Shown piece after piece: positions 10,719 through 21,170 of a DNA stretch of 64,000 nt. Source of the DNA: an uncultured Clostridia bacterium (lineage in GTDB: Bacteria; Bacillota; Clostridia; TANB77; CAG-508); the NCBI GenBank assembly GCA_944388035.1, contig CALXHF010000004.1, positions 22,168 through 86,167 of the forward strand, read 5' to 3'. The translations under genes were made by a program, and so were the position numbers. The notes below the pieces were generated by a model. It saw only the letters and a program-made list of their open reading frames with translations, made no database searches and was not told where the DNA came from. Numbering within the stretch: the stretch's first letter is position 1; each line of letters starts with the position of its first letter.

Positions 10719-10773
10719 TGCGACAAAGATGCGACAAAAGTGCGACAAAGATGCGACAAAAGTGCGACAAAAA
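10719..10773. repeat. five tandem TGCGACAAA boxes at exact 11-bp phasing
   Basis: Box starts at 10719, 10730, 10741, 10752 and 10763. Units alternate tgcgacaaaga / tgcgacaaaag. Located just after the stop of the wHTH gene and about 170 bp upstream of the ugd start. Confidence 0.9.
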
Positions 10774-10779
10774 TAAATT

Positions 10780-11046
10780 TTATTTATTTTTAATTCTATA
10801 AACTTTTTTAGGATCCTTTATAGTTGTTCCAAACCATTCTACCAAATCTTTGTCAACTAAACTCTTTAAAACTCTTTGAATAGTTCTTTTATCTCTATCA
10901 ATAATTTCACATATTTCAGAAGGTTTAATATCTCCTTTATCAAATATAATTTGCAACACCTTTTGTTCCATTGCATTTAAATTATTCCATTTTGAATTGA
11001 TTTTTGAATCTTTTAACAACAGTTCATTTTTCCTTTTACTTCTCAT
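10780..11046 (-). CDS. small winged-helix DNA-binding protein (hypothetical regulator)
   Basis: 88 aa. The segment MEQKVLQIIFDKGDIKPSEICEIIDRDKRTIQRVLKSLVDKDLV resembles a MarR/wHTH recognition unit. Confidence 0.55.
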   Translation of the reverse strand: MRSKRKNELLLKDSKINSKWNNLNAMEQKVLQIIFDKGDIKPSEICEIIDRDKRTIQRVLKSLVDKDLVEWFGTTIKDPKKVYRIKNK

Positions 11047-11057
11047 TACTATGTTAT

Positions 11058-11141
11058 TTTATGACCTTTTTCTGCAAAACACACTCCTGCAACTAATCCT
11101 ACATACCCTGTTCCTGCTACTGCTATTTTATATTGTTTCAT
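11058..11141 (-). pseudogene. duplicated 5-prime fragment of ugd (first 28 codons)
   Basis: 84 bp identical to 10467-10550. It has its own RBS (GGGAGGAAGTT) and ATG at 11141. Reading stops 3 codons past the repeat, at TAG 11049-11051. Confidence 0.85.
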
Positions 11142-11151
11142 AACTTCCTCC

Positions 11152-12303
11152 CTAATTGTTATAAAATTGTAATACTTTATTTTCTATTTTAGTATATACC
11201 TTCATTTGTTTTATTTTATAATATATCTTTGATATTATTTTTATTAAATTATTTATAATTATTCTTTCAATTACAAAATCTATTACCATTGCACACAAGA
11301 AAACACTTATAACTCCAAATATAGCATTTAAAATCAACATTGGAGAATTTATATATGTGCTTCCTTGTATTAATTGTTTCCATATGATATCCCTTAAGAA
11401 TACATTTTCGTGTATCAAATAAATTCCAAATGTAGTTGAAGCTACTTTATTTATTATATTACTATTTTTTACATTTAAATTCTTAAAAATATTAAAAATC
11501 AAAACAGTTAATATTAATACCAAAGGACTATTTGTATTATTAAAATAATAAACTACTTTTGATAATACTGGAATTTTTATAGATAACATTTCCAATACCA
11601 CCATTACAATATTCATTATTAAAATAATTATCATTATTGATATAATTCTTAATTTATTACTTTTTAAAACATTAAAATTATATTTTTTTATGTATGCTCC
11701 TATAAAATAAATTGCTATCAACCATATAAATTCACTAAAAAAAGTTTTTGTCTTAGGTATATTAGCCACAATTCCCCATATAATAATCATAAAAGTTAGT
11801 AGAATTTTAAAATTCTTTTTAGATATATTTTCTACTATTTTTTTTAAAAATGGTGTAAATATATAAATTAACACATAACAGCTTGCAAACCAGTATAAAC
11901 CAAATGTTGTTGGTAAAATTGATTTTAATATATTAATTCCACTAATTCTTTCACTATGTGTAATAATTCCTAGAGCTAACCCTATAATTGAATATGTAAA
12001 TATTTGTAATAATAATTTTACTAATTTTTTAATTTTAAATTTTGATTTATCATAAAAATATCCTGATATTATTATAAATAAACATACTCCTAATTTTCCA
12101 AACATTTGCCAAACATTAATAACGATTCTATTTACAGTTATTGTATTTGCAAATTCAAATCCACTATATATGGCATAATGATGCATTATTATCATTATAA
12201 TTGAAATTATTCTTAAGGCTTCTAAGTTTGAACTTCTATTATTCTTTTTTAATCCGGTTCTTAAAGAGTAGCTCTCTACTGTTGCAACGTTTTCGCTATT
12301 CAT
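11152..12303 (-). CDS. acyltransferase family 3 membrane protein (polysaccharide O-acetyltransferase-like)
   Basis: 383 aa with about 10 TM segments and an N-terminal motif LEALRIISIIMIIMHH typical of acyltransferase_3. Confidence 0.75.
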   Translation of the reverse strand: MNSENVATVESYSLRTGLKKNNRSSNLEALRIISIIMIIMHHYAIYSGFEFANTITVNRIVINVWQMFGKLGVCLFIIISGYFYDKSKFKIKKLVKLLLQIFTYSIIGLALGIITHSERISGINILKSILPTTFGLYWFASCYVLIYIFTPFLKKIVENISKKNFKILLTFMIIIWGIVANIPKTKTFFSEFIWLIAIYFIGAYIKKYNFNVLKSNKLRIISIMIIILIMNIVMVVLEMLSIKIPVLSKVVYYFNNTNSPLVLILTVLIFNIFKNLNVKNSNIINKVASTTFGIYLIHENVFLRDIIWKQLIQGSTYINSPMLILNAIFGVISVFLCAMVIDFVIERIIINNLIKIISKIYYKIKQMKVYTKIENKVLQFYNN

Positions 12304-13277
12304 TTTATTTCTCCTGTTTTATTTTCTTTATACCAATTAACAAACTTTTTTATTCCTTCTTCAAATGTTGTTTTTGGCTCATATCCAATTATTTTTTTTG
12401 CTTTTGAAATATCTGCATATGTTCTATCAACATCTCCTGGTTGCATTGGTAATTGTTTTATTTTAGGCTCTACACCTAAAACTCTAGCTATTGTATTTAT
12501 CATTTCTTTTAATGATATTGGAGAAGAATTACCTATATTTAATATTTCATAGACGTTTTTATTGTTTAATGTATATTCACAAGATTTAATTATTCCGTTT
12601 ACTATATCATCTACATATGTATAATCACGAGAAGTTGTGCCATCTCCAAACATTGGTATTTCTTTATCTTCTAACATTAATCTTGTAAACTTATTTATTG
12701 CTAAATCTGGTCTTTGTTTTGGTCCATATACTGTAAAAAATCTTAGCATTATAATATTCATATCGTATAATTTATGATATACATGCGCCATTACTTCATT
12801 TGCTTTCTTTGTTGCTGCATAAGGACTAATTGCATAATCCACTATCATATCTTCCCTAAAAGGTACTTCTTTACAATTTCCATATACACTACTAGAAGAA
12901 GCTAGTACTCCATTTTTTACATTATGTAGTTTCATTTCTTCTAATATATTTTGAAGTCCAAAACAATTTACTTCTTGATATAAACAAGGATTTTCAATAG
13001 AAGGTCTTACTCCTGCCATTGCCGCTAAGTTCATCACTACATCTATTTTATTTTCATCAAATATTTCCTTTACCGCTTCTCTATCTCTTATATCTGCTCT
13101 ATATAATTTAAAATTAGGATTCAAAAGCAATTCTTTAACATTTTTTTCTTTAATTTTAGGATTATAGAAATCACAGAAATTATCTATTGCAACAACCTTA
13201 TTTCCTAAACTTAATAATTTCTCACTTAATGTAGAACCAATAAAACCTGCTCCACCTGTAATAAAATATGTATTCAT
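12300..13277 (-). CDS. NAD-dependent epimerase/dehydratase (UDP-glucuronate 4-epimerase-like)
   Basis: GGAGFIGS Rossmann motif and YAATK catalytic motif (YxxxK). Context next to ugd. Confidence 0.8.
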   Translation of the reverse strand: MNTYFITGGAGFIGSTLSEKLLSLGNKVVAIDNFCDFYNPKIKEKNVKELLLNPNFKLYRADIRDREAVKEIFDENKIDVVMNLAAMAGVRPSIENPCLYQEVNCFGLQNILEEMKLHNVKNGVLASSSSVYGNCKEVPFREDMIVDYAISPYAATKKANEVMAHVYHKLYDMNIIMLRFFTVYGPKQRPDLAINKFTRLMLEDKEIPMFGDGTTSRDYTYVDDIVNGIIKSCEYTLNNKNVYEILNIGNSSPISLKEMINTIARVLGVEPKIKQLPMQPGDVDRTYADISKAKKIIGYEPKTTFEEGIKKFVNWYKENKTGEIK

Positions 13278-13278
13278 T

Positions 13279-14796
13279 TTAGGCTACCTCTTTTCTTTTA
13301 AATATTCTTTTTATCATATTTAGTAAATCTTTTAAATCTTTTCTATATATTATACTATTTACTATACCTACACCCAATAATGAAATAATTCCTACTATTG
13401 CTGCTAAGCCTATCCAGTTAATATATGAATTTACTTCTATAAAGCTACTAATATAAAAACATATGGGAACTATAATTAAAGTCTCTAGCGCCAATATTAT
13501 TACTCTTTTTACGTTTTCTATTAATCTTCTTTTTAATATATATTTAGAAGTATGATACATAAATTCAATAGTTCTTATTGTCATAGCAACTAATGTTCCA
13601 ATTGCTACACCTATCATGCCCAATTTAAATACTAATACTATAGAAATAATTAAATTTGTAAATACTTCTATCCAAGCTCCTGTTCGTGTTTCTTTAAAAT
13701 GTGCAGCAGCTTTCACCAGTTCATTATACGGTTGCCTTATAGACCATACAAATTCAGCAAGCACAATTATTATACCAAAAATTGGTCTGTAATAATTCGC
13801 ATCAATTACTCCTTTTGTATAAACCATTACAAATGGTATTATCATTACCAATGCTATAATATAAATAATTGTAATTAATGTGATATAAAAAAATTCATAT
13901 ATCCTAAAACTTCTATTTAATTCTCCTTGTTCTTCTTTAGCAATCATATCTCCAAAAGATGCGTCTACACCACTAATTAAAGCTTGTACTAAATTTTTCA
14001 TTCCAGTTACAACATATAAATAAACTGAATATACAGATACTTCTGCTGTATTTGTAAATATTGTTAGTATTGCAATATCTGTATTATTATGCACAACACT
14101 TGCTATATGCTGAGCTAAGCCATCCCATTTTTGTTTTAATTCATATTTTTCTTTAACATTTTTAAAATTTATATTATATTTCTTTTTTACATATATATTT
14201 TGTAAAATTGGTCTTAATACAAAAACAAATGCACTACCTAATTTAACCATTTGTATACTTAGACCAAATTTAATTAATATTATTACTAATATAGCATTTA
14301 ATATTGTTGTTCCTATTTGTATTGTTGATGTTATATATGTTTTTTGCTCTGCTTGTAAATATAATTTATATACCATACCAAAAAAATATTCAGCAAATGT
14401 ACTAATTGCAATAATTAATATTAATGACATTGTATATCCTATTTCAAATTCTGTTGAAACAATTAATGGGTAAATAAAACACAAAGCTATTAAATATACT
14501 ATAAATATTCCTGAAATTACCCTAAAAAACTTTTGACTTGCTTTTAAGATTTTTTCTATTTGTGTTTTATCTTTTTTAGCAATCGGTTTATATAATGCTG
14601 ATTTAATAACAGGTCCTATTCCCGCTTCTAAAAGCGTTATATAACTTAAGAATTGTGTAATAGATGATATTAAACCATTCACACTTGATCCAAATGTTCC
14701 AATAATTGCTCTGGGAACTATTAAACCACATATAACAGTAACAATTTGTTGTAATAATGAAGTTATAATATTTTTTACCGCCTTTTTACTTCTCAT
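13279..14796 (-). CDS. wzx: polysaccharide flippase (Wzx / MOP family)
   Basis: 505 aa polytopic membrane protein in a cps locus, with a typical MRSKKAVKNI N-terminus. Confidence 0.75.
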   Translation of the reverse strand: MRSKKAVKNIITSLLQQIVTVICGLIVPRAIIGTFGSSVNGLISSITQFLSYITLLEAGIGPVIKSALYKPIAKKDKTQIEKILKASQKFFRVISGIFIVYLIALCFIYPLIVSTEFEIGYTMSLILIIAISTFAEYFFGMVYKLYLQAEQKTYITSTIQIGTTILNAILVIILIKFGLSIQMVKLGSAFVFVLRPILQNIYVKKKYNINFKNVKEKYELKQKWDGLAQHIASVVHNNTDIAILTIFTNTAEVSVYSVYLYVVTGMKNLVQALISGVDASFGDMIAKEEQGELNRSFRIYEFFYITLITIIYIIALVMIIPFVMVYTKGVIDANYYRPIFGIIIVLAEFVWSIRQPYNELVKAAAHFKETRTGAWIEVFTNLIISIVLVFKLGMIGVAIGTLVAMTIRTIEFMYHTSKYILKRRLIENVKRVIILALETLIIVPICFYISSFIEVNSYINWIGLAAIVGIISLLGVGIVNSIIYRKDLKDLLNMIKRIFKRKEVA

Positions 14797-14871
14797 TTAT
14801 ATTCTCTCTTTTCTTTTCAATTGTCATAATTCCATATCAAAAACCTTATGTATAAAATTATATATATCATT

Positions 14872-16062
14872 TCATTTTCGTATTTCATTTTTAATAATAC
14901 TTATTTGATATACAGAAACAAATAAGCTTATATAATAAAGTTCAGTACAATTAAAAGTAACTGATATCATATCACAAACTAGAATAGCTAGCAATGTTAT
15001 TTGAGGCATAACTTTTCTAATAGAAAATTCTTTACACAAAAAATATTTTCTAAATGTACCAATATACATTATATAATATATAAAAGTACCAAATATTCCA
15101 AAAGTTATAAGCATTTCTACATAATTGCAATGAGAATAAACTCCAAATCCTGCATAAGCCGAAAAATATCCCCATCCACTTCCTACAATTGGACTTTTTA
15201 TAAATAACTCTGGAAATTCTTTTAGCATTTCACTTCTTTCTTCAGTTGAATGTGAAACTACAGTTTCACTTCCTTTATCTTCAATTATTAATTGTTGCAA
15301 GAAATCTTCTATTCTATATCCTATAATATTATAAAGATATTCATTTGAGAATATTATCATAAAAAACAAAGCAACTATTAGGAGTAATTTAAAATAGTTT
15401 AACAAGTTCCATTTGTATTTTAACATAAAAGTTCCAACAATTGTTATTAATATTATTATTATTGCCTTTTTAGAACCTGTTAACATCATAAATATTACTA
15501 TTATAGCATATAATAACAGATATTTTTTGTTTTTATCAAAAAAAGCTTTTACAAATATACCTATTGATAAAATTCCTAAACATCCTGCTACTGAATTTAC
15601 ATTTCCAGAACCACTTTCTCCTATTCTATTAGCTCCAGATAGTATCTCATCAAATTCTGAAAATATAATATGCATTATCATTAATATTGCTGACATTGCA
15701 AAACATTTAATTACTTCATCTATCATTTCTTCTTTTTTTAGCGTTTGCAATAATAACGCCACATCTATCGTTATTAAATATATTGCTATTAAACGTGTAA
15801 AATTAAATACATCATATACTTCAAATATTAAGGCATATGCAAAATACATAACCCAAATAGCAGTTAACCATAGAAAAAATTTTGTTTTAAAAAACGTTTT
15901 CAAAATATTAATTCTTTTTATTAAGTAAAAAGCTGTTGCTATTGTGCATAAAAAAATACTGCCATAAAATAAAAGTATTGTTTCTTTGGTATATAACATT
16001 GCTCCTGTATATATTAAAATAGTTATTATTACATTAGGCAATTTTATCTTTTTTAACATCAT
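14872..16062 (-). CDS. wzy: O-antigen polymerase/ligase-like membrane protein (Wzy-type)
   Basis: 396 aa with more than 9 TM segments and a larger loop. Locus context between the flippase and the glycosyltransferases. Confidence 0.6.
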   Translation of the reverse strand: MMLKKIKLPNVIITILIYTGAMLYTKETILLFYGSIFLCTIATAFYLIKRINILKTFFKTKFFLWLTAIWVMYFAYALIFEVYDVFNFTRLIAIYLITIDVALLLQTLKKEEMIDEVIKCFAMSAILMIMHIIFSEFDEILSGANRIGESGSGNVNSVAGCLGILSIGIFVKAFFDKNKKYLLLYAIIVIFMMLTGSKKAIIIILITIVGTFMLKYKWNLLNYFKLLLIVALFFMIIFSNEYLYNIIGYRIEDFLQQLIIEDKGSETVVSHSTEERSEMLKEFPELFIKSPIVGSGWGYFSAYAGFGVYSHCNYVEMLITFGIFGTFIYYIMYIGTFRKYFLCKEFSIRKVMPQITLLAILVCDMISVTFNCTELYYISLFVSVYQISIIKNEIRK

Positions 16063-16136
16063 CTTCTCCTATTTAAAAAATATCATTAATAATTAATATA
16101 TTACTTTATTATCTTAAGTAATTTAATATAATTTTT

Positions 16137-17213
16137 TTAATTTTCACACATATCATTTATAAATTTTTCCCATTTATTATAAATATTTTCTTTTGAGTGT
16201 GTTTCACATATATTTTTAGCATTATTGGAAATCTTTTCTACTATTTTTTCATTTTTAGTAATTTCATCCATAATGCTTATCAATTTTATCCTATCATTCT
16301 GCTCATACACAAACCCATTTACACCATCTTCTATAATTTCATATACTGCATCTTTAGGATTATAGTTTGAACATATTGTAGGAATACCTAAAGCCATAGC
16401 TTCTAATATAACATTTGGCATTCCTTCATATTTAGAAGTTAATACAAACATCTTTGCATTAATTATATAAGAATATATATCTTCTTTATTTCCCATAAAA
16501 TTGACATTTTTGTTTATGCCAAGTTTTTTAGAATATTCTTCTAATATTTCTTTTAAGGGTCCTTCTCCATAGATCTCTAAAATATAATTTTTATGTGTTT
16601 TTAAGAAGTCTTTAAATACTTCCAAAAGAAATTTTTGATTTTTTTGTTCATGTAATCTTCCCACAGTAACTATTTTTTCTTTTCTTACTAAAGGCATTTT
16701 ATAATCACTTTTGTTTATAAAAATAGGGTTTTGAATTACGGTACTTTTTCTTCTTATATCTTCTGGAAAACAATCCCTTGCTGCTTGAGTTTGAAAAACA
16801 AAGCCATCTATCTTTTTAAAATAAATTTTACGTAAAACACCTAATATTCCTGTGTATTCTTTATCATCTGGATTTCCTCTTTCCGAATATATAGTTTTTA
16901 TATTATGTTTCTTACAAAACATTGCTGAGAATATTGCTGATTGCGCCCAATAATTTATTACAATATCATACCTTCCCTTTTTTATAATTTTCCTGAATTC
17001 AACAAATCTCTCTATTTTTTTTCTAATGGGAATATCTATTACTTCAATCTCTTTATTTATTGGATAAACAATTTTTCCATTTCCTATGTTAATAACAGAA
17101 ATTCTATATTTTTTCTCGTTTAATGCATTTGCTAAACATATTAAAGATTTTTCTGCTCCTCCATATCCTTGAAAATATCCGACACAAGCAATTCTAAGTC
17201 TTTCTTTTTCCAT
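16137..17213 (-). CDS. glycosyltransferase family 4
   Basis: 358 aa with C-terminal GT-B motif SKYEGMPNVILEAMALGIP (EX7E). Confidence 0.85.
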   Translation of the reverse strand: MEKERLRIACVGYFQGYGGAEKSLICLANALNEKKYRISVINIGNGKIVYPINKEIEVIDIPIRKKIERFVEFRKIIKKGRYDIVINYWAQSAIFSAMFCKKHNIKTIYSERGNPDDKEYTGILGVLRKIYFKKIDGFVFQTQAARDCFPEDIRRKSTVIQNPIFINKSDYKMPLVRKEKIVTVGRLHEQKNQKFLLEVFKDFLKTHKNYILEIYGEGPLKEILEEYSKKLGINKNVNFMGNKEDIYSYIINAKMFVLTSKYEGMPNVILEAMALGIPTICSNYNPKDAVYEIIEDGVNGFVYEQNDRIKLISIMDEITKNEKIVEKISNNAKNICETHSKENIYNKWEKFINDMCEN

Positions 17214-18195
17214 TTTTCCTCCTTAATTTTAATGGTATTTCTATGATTTTATAATTTACTGCAAATATAGTAATAAGAATTTTTCTATTAATTGATATTG
17301 GTGAAAAAATTAGCAAAAAATAGTTTTTTCTTATGTTCTTAGTTAATTTTTTAGCTATAGATTTTACATCTATTTTTTCTTCTGCACCATAATATGCAAG
17401 TTTAGCTAATAATGAAAAATCAGATCTTGCTCTTTTTATTTTTGCATATTTCTTAATGTTTTTACCTTTATCTTTAGACAATTCTATAATTTCATCACAA
17501 GCCTTTAATAAATCCAAATCTTTTGTTTTTAATTCTCTTCTTGTTGTAGATTTATTGTTTTGAAAATAATAATATCCTACATATTTTATCTCTAGCATCA
17601 ATTTACAATTCATTAATGCTCTATATACACCTATTATATCTTCATTAATTCTTCCTTCAGGAAATCTTACTTTATCAAAAGCTTGTTTCACAAAAATTTT
17701 TCTGCATAAAGAAAATGGACAATTTTTAACAGTTAACCCTGCATATAAATATCTTTCTAGAATCTCATCTTCTTTATATTCTTTTATACCATATTTTTCT
17801 ACGCTTTCATTTGAATTGTTTTCATATTGTTTAACTTTTTTGCACTCAAAATCTATAACATCTGCTTTCGTTTCTTCTATTTTTTTTATTGCAAATTCAT
17901 AAATATTGGGATTTATCCAATCATCACTATCTACAAAAGCAACATAATCTCCCTTTATATTATCTAATGCTAAGTTTCTTGCTGCACTTTGTCCTTTATT
18001 TTCTTGATGAAAAACTTTTATTCTTTTATTATTTTTAGCATACTCATTACAGATTTCTAATGATTTATCTTCTGAACCGTCATCTATCAATAAAATTTCC
18101 ATATCTTTATATGTAGAATTCAATATAGAATCTATACACCTTTTTAAATATTCTTCTGAATTGTATACTGGAACAATTACACTTAATAGTTTCAT
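17194..18195 (-). CDS. glycosyltransferase family 2
   Basis: N-terminal LSVIVPVYNSEEYL...DDGSED...DSDD motifs. Confidence 0.85.
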   Translation of the reverse strand: MKLLSVIVPVYNSEEYLKRCIDSILNSTYKDMEILLIDDGSEDKSLEICNEYAKNNKRIKVFHQENKGQSAARNLALDNIKGDYVAFVDSDDWINPNIYEFAIKKIEETKADVIDFECKKVKQYENNSNESVEKYGIKEYKEDEILERYLYAGLTVKNCPFSLCRKIFVKQAFDKVRFPEGRINEDIIGVYRALMNCKLMLEIKYVGYYYFQNNKSTTRRELKTKDLDLLKACDEIIELSKDKGKNIKKYAKIKRARSDFSLLAKLAYYGAEEKIDVKSIAKKLTKNIRKNYFLLIFSPISINRKILITIFAVNYKIIEIPLKLRRKNGKRKT

Positions 18196-19463
18196 TTTTC
18201 TATATCTCCTATTTTTAAAACATATATTTCCCTTTTTCCAGAAAAAGTTGCATCAAAACATATTTTTTTTCCTAATCTATCCCATCTAGGATGTAAATCG
18301 CACCTAACTTCATTATCATATCTAAAAGGAGAAAATACTTGTGCTATTGATTTTACTTTGTCATTTCTAGTATCTATTAAATAAACATTAGAAATTCTAC
18401 TTCTATTAGGATAAGTATCAGTAACCACAAACTTTCTATCTAAAGAATAACTAGGGTGTCCATCACTAATTAATTTTTCTTTCCATTTTACCTCATATTC
18501 TCTGGTTTTATCTTTCAACAAATAATAATGTGTTCCTTCTTTATTTTTATGTGCCCAAGCTAAAATATGTTCAGAATCTTTCCAATAACAATGTGAAATC
18601 ATTCCGTCATCTAACAAATTGTACATATTATTTCCATCAATATCAATTGTTAAAAGCCTTGTATATTTTTTATTTCCTTGAAACCATCTGTGTAAAACCA
18701 TAAATCTTTTATTATCTGGGCTAATCATTATATGATTAACTTTATGAATTGCATTTTTCATTGTTTCATTGTATTCAAATTTTTTTAATTGTTCATACTT
18801 TAAAATTGGTTCATAATTTCCTGTAGTCAGGTCTATTTTCCAAATACATATATCTTCTGGGCAATATTCTATATTTTCTTGTTTTTCCTCTAAATTGGAA
18901 TATCCATAACCAGGTCTAAGTTTATGTAGTCTTGAAAAATCAAGTGTTAATGCAAAATTCCCATCACTTGAAACACTATACACTGGCATTTGATATATCT
19001 TTATTTCTTTTTTATCTATGATATCATAACATATGGAACAAAATTGTCCGTTTCTAAAATCATTAAAAATAATATATCTATCATAGTTAGGTCCAAGCCA
19101 TTGTAACATACAGCCTTGTTGAACATTCCAAGAACTTGTTTTTGCTATAACAGTATCAGTTTTTCCTATGCAATCATATAATATAATATCTGCACTTTCT
19201 TTTGGTGCTACACTTTTATAAGTTTGTTTAGCTCTTAAAAAAACCATTTTACTTTCATCATTATTCCATGGTGACTTATCATAATATCCAAAAAAATATT
19301 CAAATTCATCATTAGGTGATATCTGTTCTATATCTCCATTACTTTTTTGAGGTCTTGTTATAAAAACCATTATTCTTTGATATATACGTTTAATAGCTTT
19401 TTTTATTTTAGGATTTTTTCTTAAGATATCACTTATTTTTTCTTCTATCTTTTTTACTTGCAT
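18192..19463 (-). CDS. hypothetical protein, possible TolB/oligogalacturonide-lyase-like beta-propeller
   Basis: 423-aa ORF translationally coupled to the flanking GT genes. Repeated strand-like segments and a C-terminal CDLHPRWDRLGKKICFDA...REIY resembling propeller blades. Function not recognised. Confidence 0.45.
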   Translation of the reverse strand: MQVKKIEEKISDILRKNPKIKKAIKRIYQRIMVFITRPQKSNGDIEQISPNDEFEYFFGYYDKSPWNNDESKMVFLRAKQTYKSVAPKESADIILYDCIGKTDTVIAKTSSWNVQQGCMLQWLGPNYDRYIIFNDFRNGQFCSICYDIIDKKEIKIYQMPVYSVSSDGNFALTLDFSRLHKLRPGYGYSNLEEKQENIEYCPEDICIWKIDLTTGNYEPILKYEQLKKFEYNETMKNAIHKVNHIMISPDNKRFMVLHRWFQGNKKYTRLLTIDIDGNNMYNLLDDGMISHCYWKDSEHILAWAHKNKEGTHYYLLKDKTREYEVKWKEKLISDGHPSYSLDRKFVVTDTYPNRSRISNVYLIDTRNDKVKSIAQVFSPFRYDNEVRCDLHPRWDRLGKKICFDATFSGKREIYVLKIGDIEK

Positions 19464-19472
19464 TATAACTCC

Positions 19473-20291
19473 TTATTTTTTCATCCTTGGATCGAATTTT
19501 TTAAATTTGTAAAATAATTTATCTATAATATTAGAGGGTAGAATAATAAGTGCTATTGGAACCATCAAATATATATATTTATATATTGGCAAATTCAATA
19601 GCTTGTATCCATTTTTTCTAACTTTTAAATCTATTTTTCTATATTCTTTACTTTTTCTTTTATTATATGTTTCATCTCTTCTTAGAAACAATAAACACTC
19701 TTGAATATTATGCATTTTCAACTTATTCGCAACCGCTCTAAACCATAAATCATAATCTTGTACTTTCCTTAACTGTTCATTATATTTTCCTATTGAGATA
19801 ATATCATTTTTTTTAAACATTACACTTGGGTGAATTAATGGGTTTACTTTATATATCATATTTTTAATTTCTGTATTATCTTCAGGAACCATTAAGCTTT
19901 CTTCAAGTTCTCCTTTTGAATTTATATATTTTGCACAACTACCAACGATTGAAATTTCTTTGTTTTCCTCTAAAAATTTTATTTGTTTTTCAATTCTTGT
20001 AATATCACTGACATCATCAGCATCCATTCTAGCAACATAATTAGAACTAGCCAGCTCAATTGCTTTATTTAGATTTTTCGTTAAACCAATGTTTTTTTTA
20101 TTTTCTATAAATACTATTCTTTTATCTATTTTTATATACTTTTTAATTATATCTTTTGAATTATCTGTGGATCCATCATCTATTATTATAAATTCTATAT
20201 TGCTATATGTTTGATTTAATATACTTTCTATAGCATCTTTAAGAAATTTATCTGCATTATAAACAGACATAATTACTGAAACTTTTTCCAA
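19473..20291 (-). CDS. glycosyltransferase family 2
   Basis: VSVIMSVYNADKFL...DDGSTD...MDADD motifs. Confidence 0.85.
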   Translation of the reverse strand: MEKVSVIMSVYNADKFLKDAIESILNQTYSNIEFIIIDDGSTDNSKDIIKKYIKIDKRIVFIENKKNIGLTKNLNKAIELASSNYVARMDADDVSDITRIEKQIKFLEENKEISIVGSCAKYINSKGELEESLMVPEDNTEIKNMIYKVNPLIHPSVMFKKNDIISIGKYNEQLRKVQDYDLWFRAVANKLKMHNIQECLLFLRRDETYNKRKSKEYRKIDLKVRKNGYKLLNLPIYKYIYLMVPIALIILPSNIIDKLFYKFKKFDPRMKK

Positions 20292-20310
20292 TTGTTCTCT
20301 CCTTTATCCT

Positions 20311-20940
20311 TTAACTCACTTTACTCATTTCTTTGCTTTCCTTTAGTTCAGTTATTTCTTCTTTTATTCCATTTTCCGTAATTTCTGCATTAGTTTTTGA
20401 AAAAACGGTTATAATTGTCTCAAAGACTAACTTAACATCTTGCTTAAAACTAATATTTTTGACATATTGTAAATCATAATCTATCTTTTCAAAAACACTA
20501 ATTCCATTTCTTCCTCTAACTTGTGCTAGTCCTGAAATTCCTGGTAATACATCTACTCTTCTTTTCTGTTCATCATTAAACCACTCATAATATTCTGGTA
20601 TCCAAGGTCGTGGTCCAATAAAACTCATTTCACCTTTTATTATATTAAACAATTGAGGTAATTCATCCAAACTTGTTTTTCTTATAAATTTTCCAACTTT
20701 TGTAACCATTTGTTCATGGGATAAAGTACTATGTAATTCTATTCTTTTTGTTGTCATAGATCTAAACTTATATGTATTAAACACTTTTAGTCCTTTTCCC
20801 ATTCTTTTTGACTTATATATAATTGGTCCTCCATCTTCTAATTTGATAGAAATAGCAATTATCATCATTGGAATCATAAAAACAATTAATAACACAATGG
20901 CTAATATTAAATCAATTAATCTTTTGAACTTTAAATACAT
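20311..20940 (-). CDS. undecaprenyl-phosphate sugar phosphotransferase (small PglC/WbaP-C-terminal type priming enzyme)
   Basis: 209 aa with one N-terminal TM segment and bacterial sugar transferase motifs KFRSM...DELPQL.N...G.MS.IGPRP. Confidence 0.85.
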   Translation of the reverse strand: MYLKFKRLIDLILAIVLLIVFMIPMMIIAISIKLEDGGPIIYKSKRMGKGLKVFNTYKFRSMTTKRIELHSTLSHEQMVTKVGKFIRKTSLDELPQLFNIIKGEMSFIGPRPWIPEYYEWFNDEQKRRVDVLPGISGLAQVRGRNGISVFEKIDYDLQYVKNISFKQDVKLVFETIITVFSKTNAEITENGIKEEITELKESKEMSKVS

Positions 20941-21170
20941 TTTCTTCCCCTTATTTCTTCTTTTAATTATTTATTTTTTATGTGCTATTTTAAAATTGCC
21001 TATTTTCTTTTAATCTTCGTCTATTATATAAATAATACAAAAACATTTCAACCCTTTTTGACAAATTTCAACAAAATATTTTTTAAAAAATTCAAACAAA
21101 AACTTCCTATTATATTTTATATAATAAGAAGTCCTATTTTTATATAATTTTCTTTAATTTTTATCTTAAT

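Noticed and set aside
10719-10773. Possible CRISPR array or minisatellite.
   Set aside because: The units are 11 bp and contiguous with no spacers, and there are no cas genes. This fits an operator or iteron-type array better.
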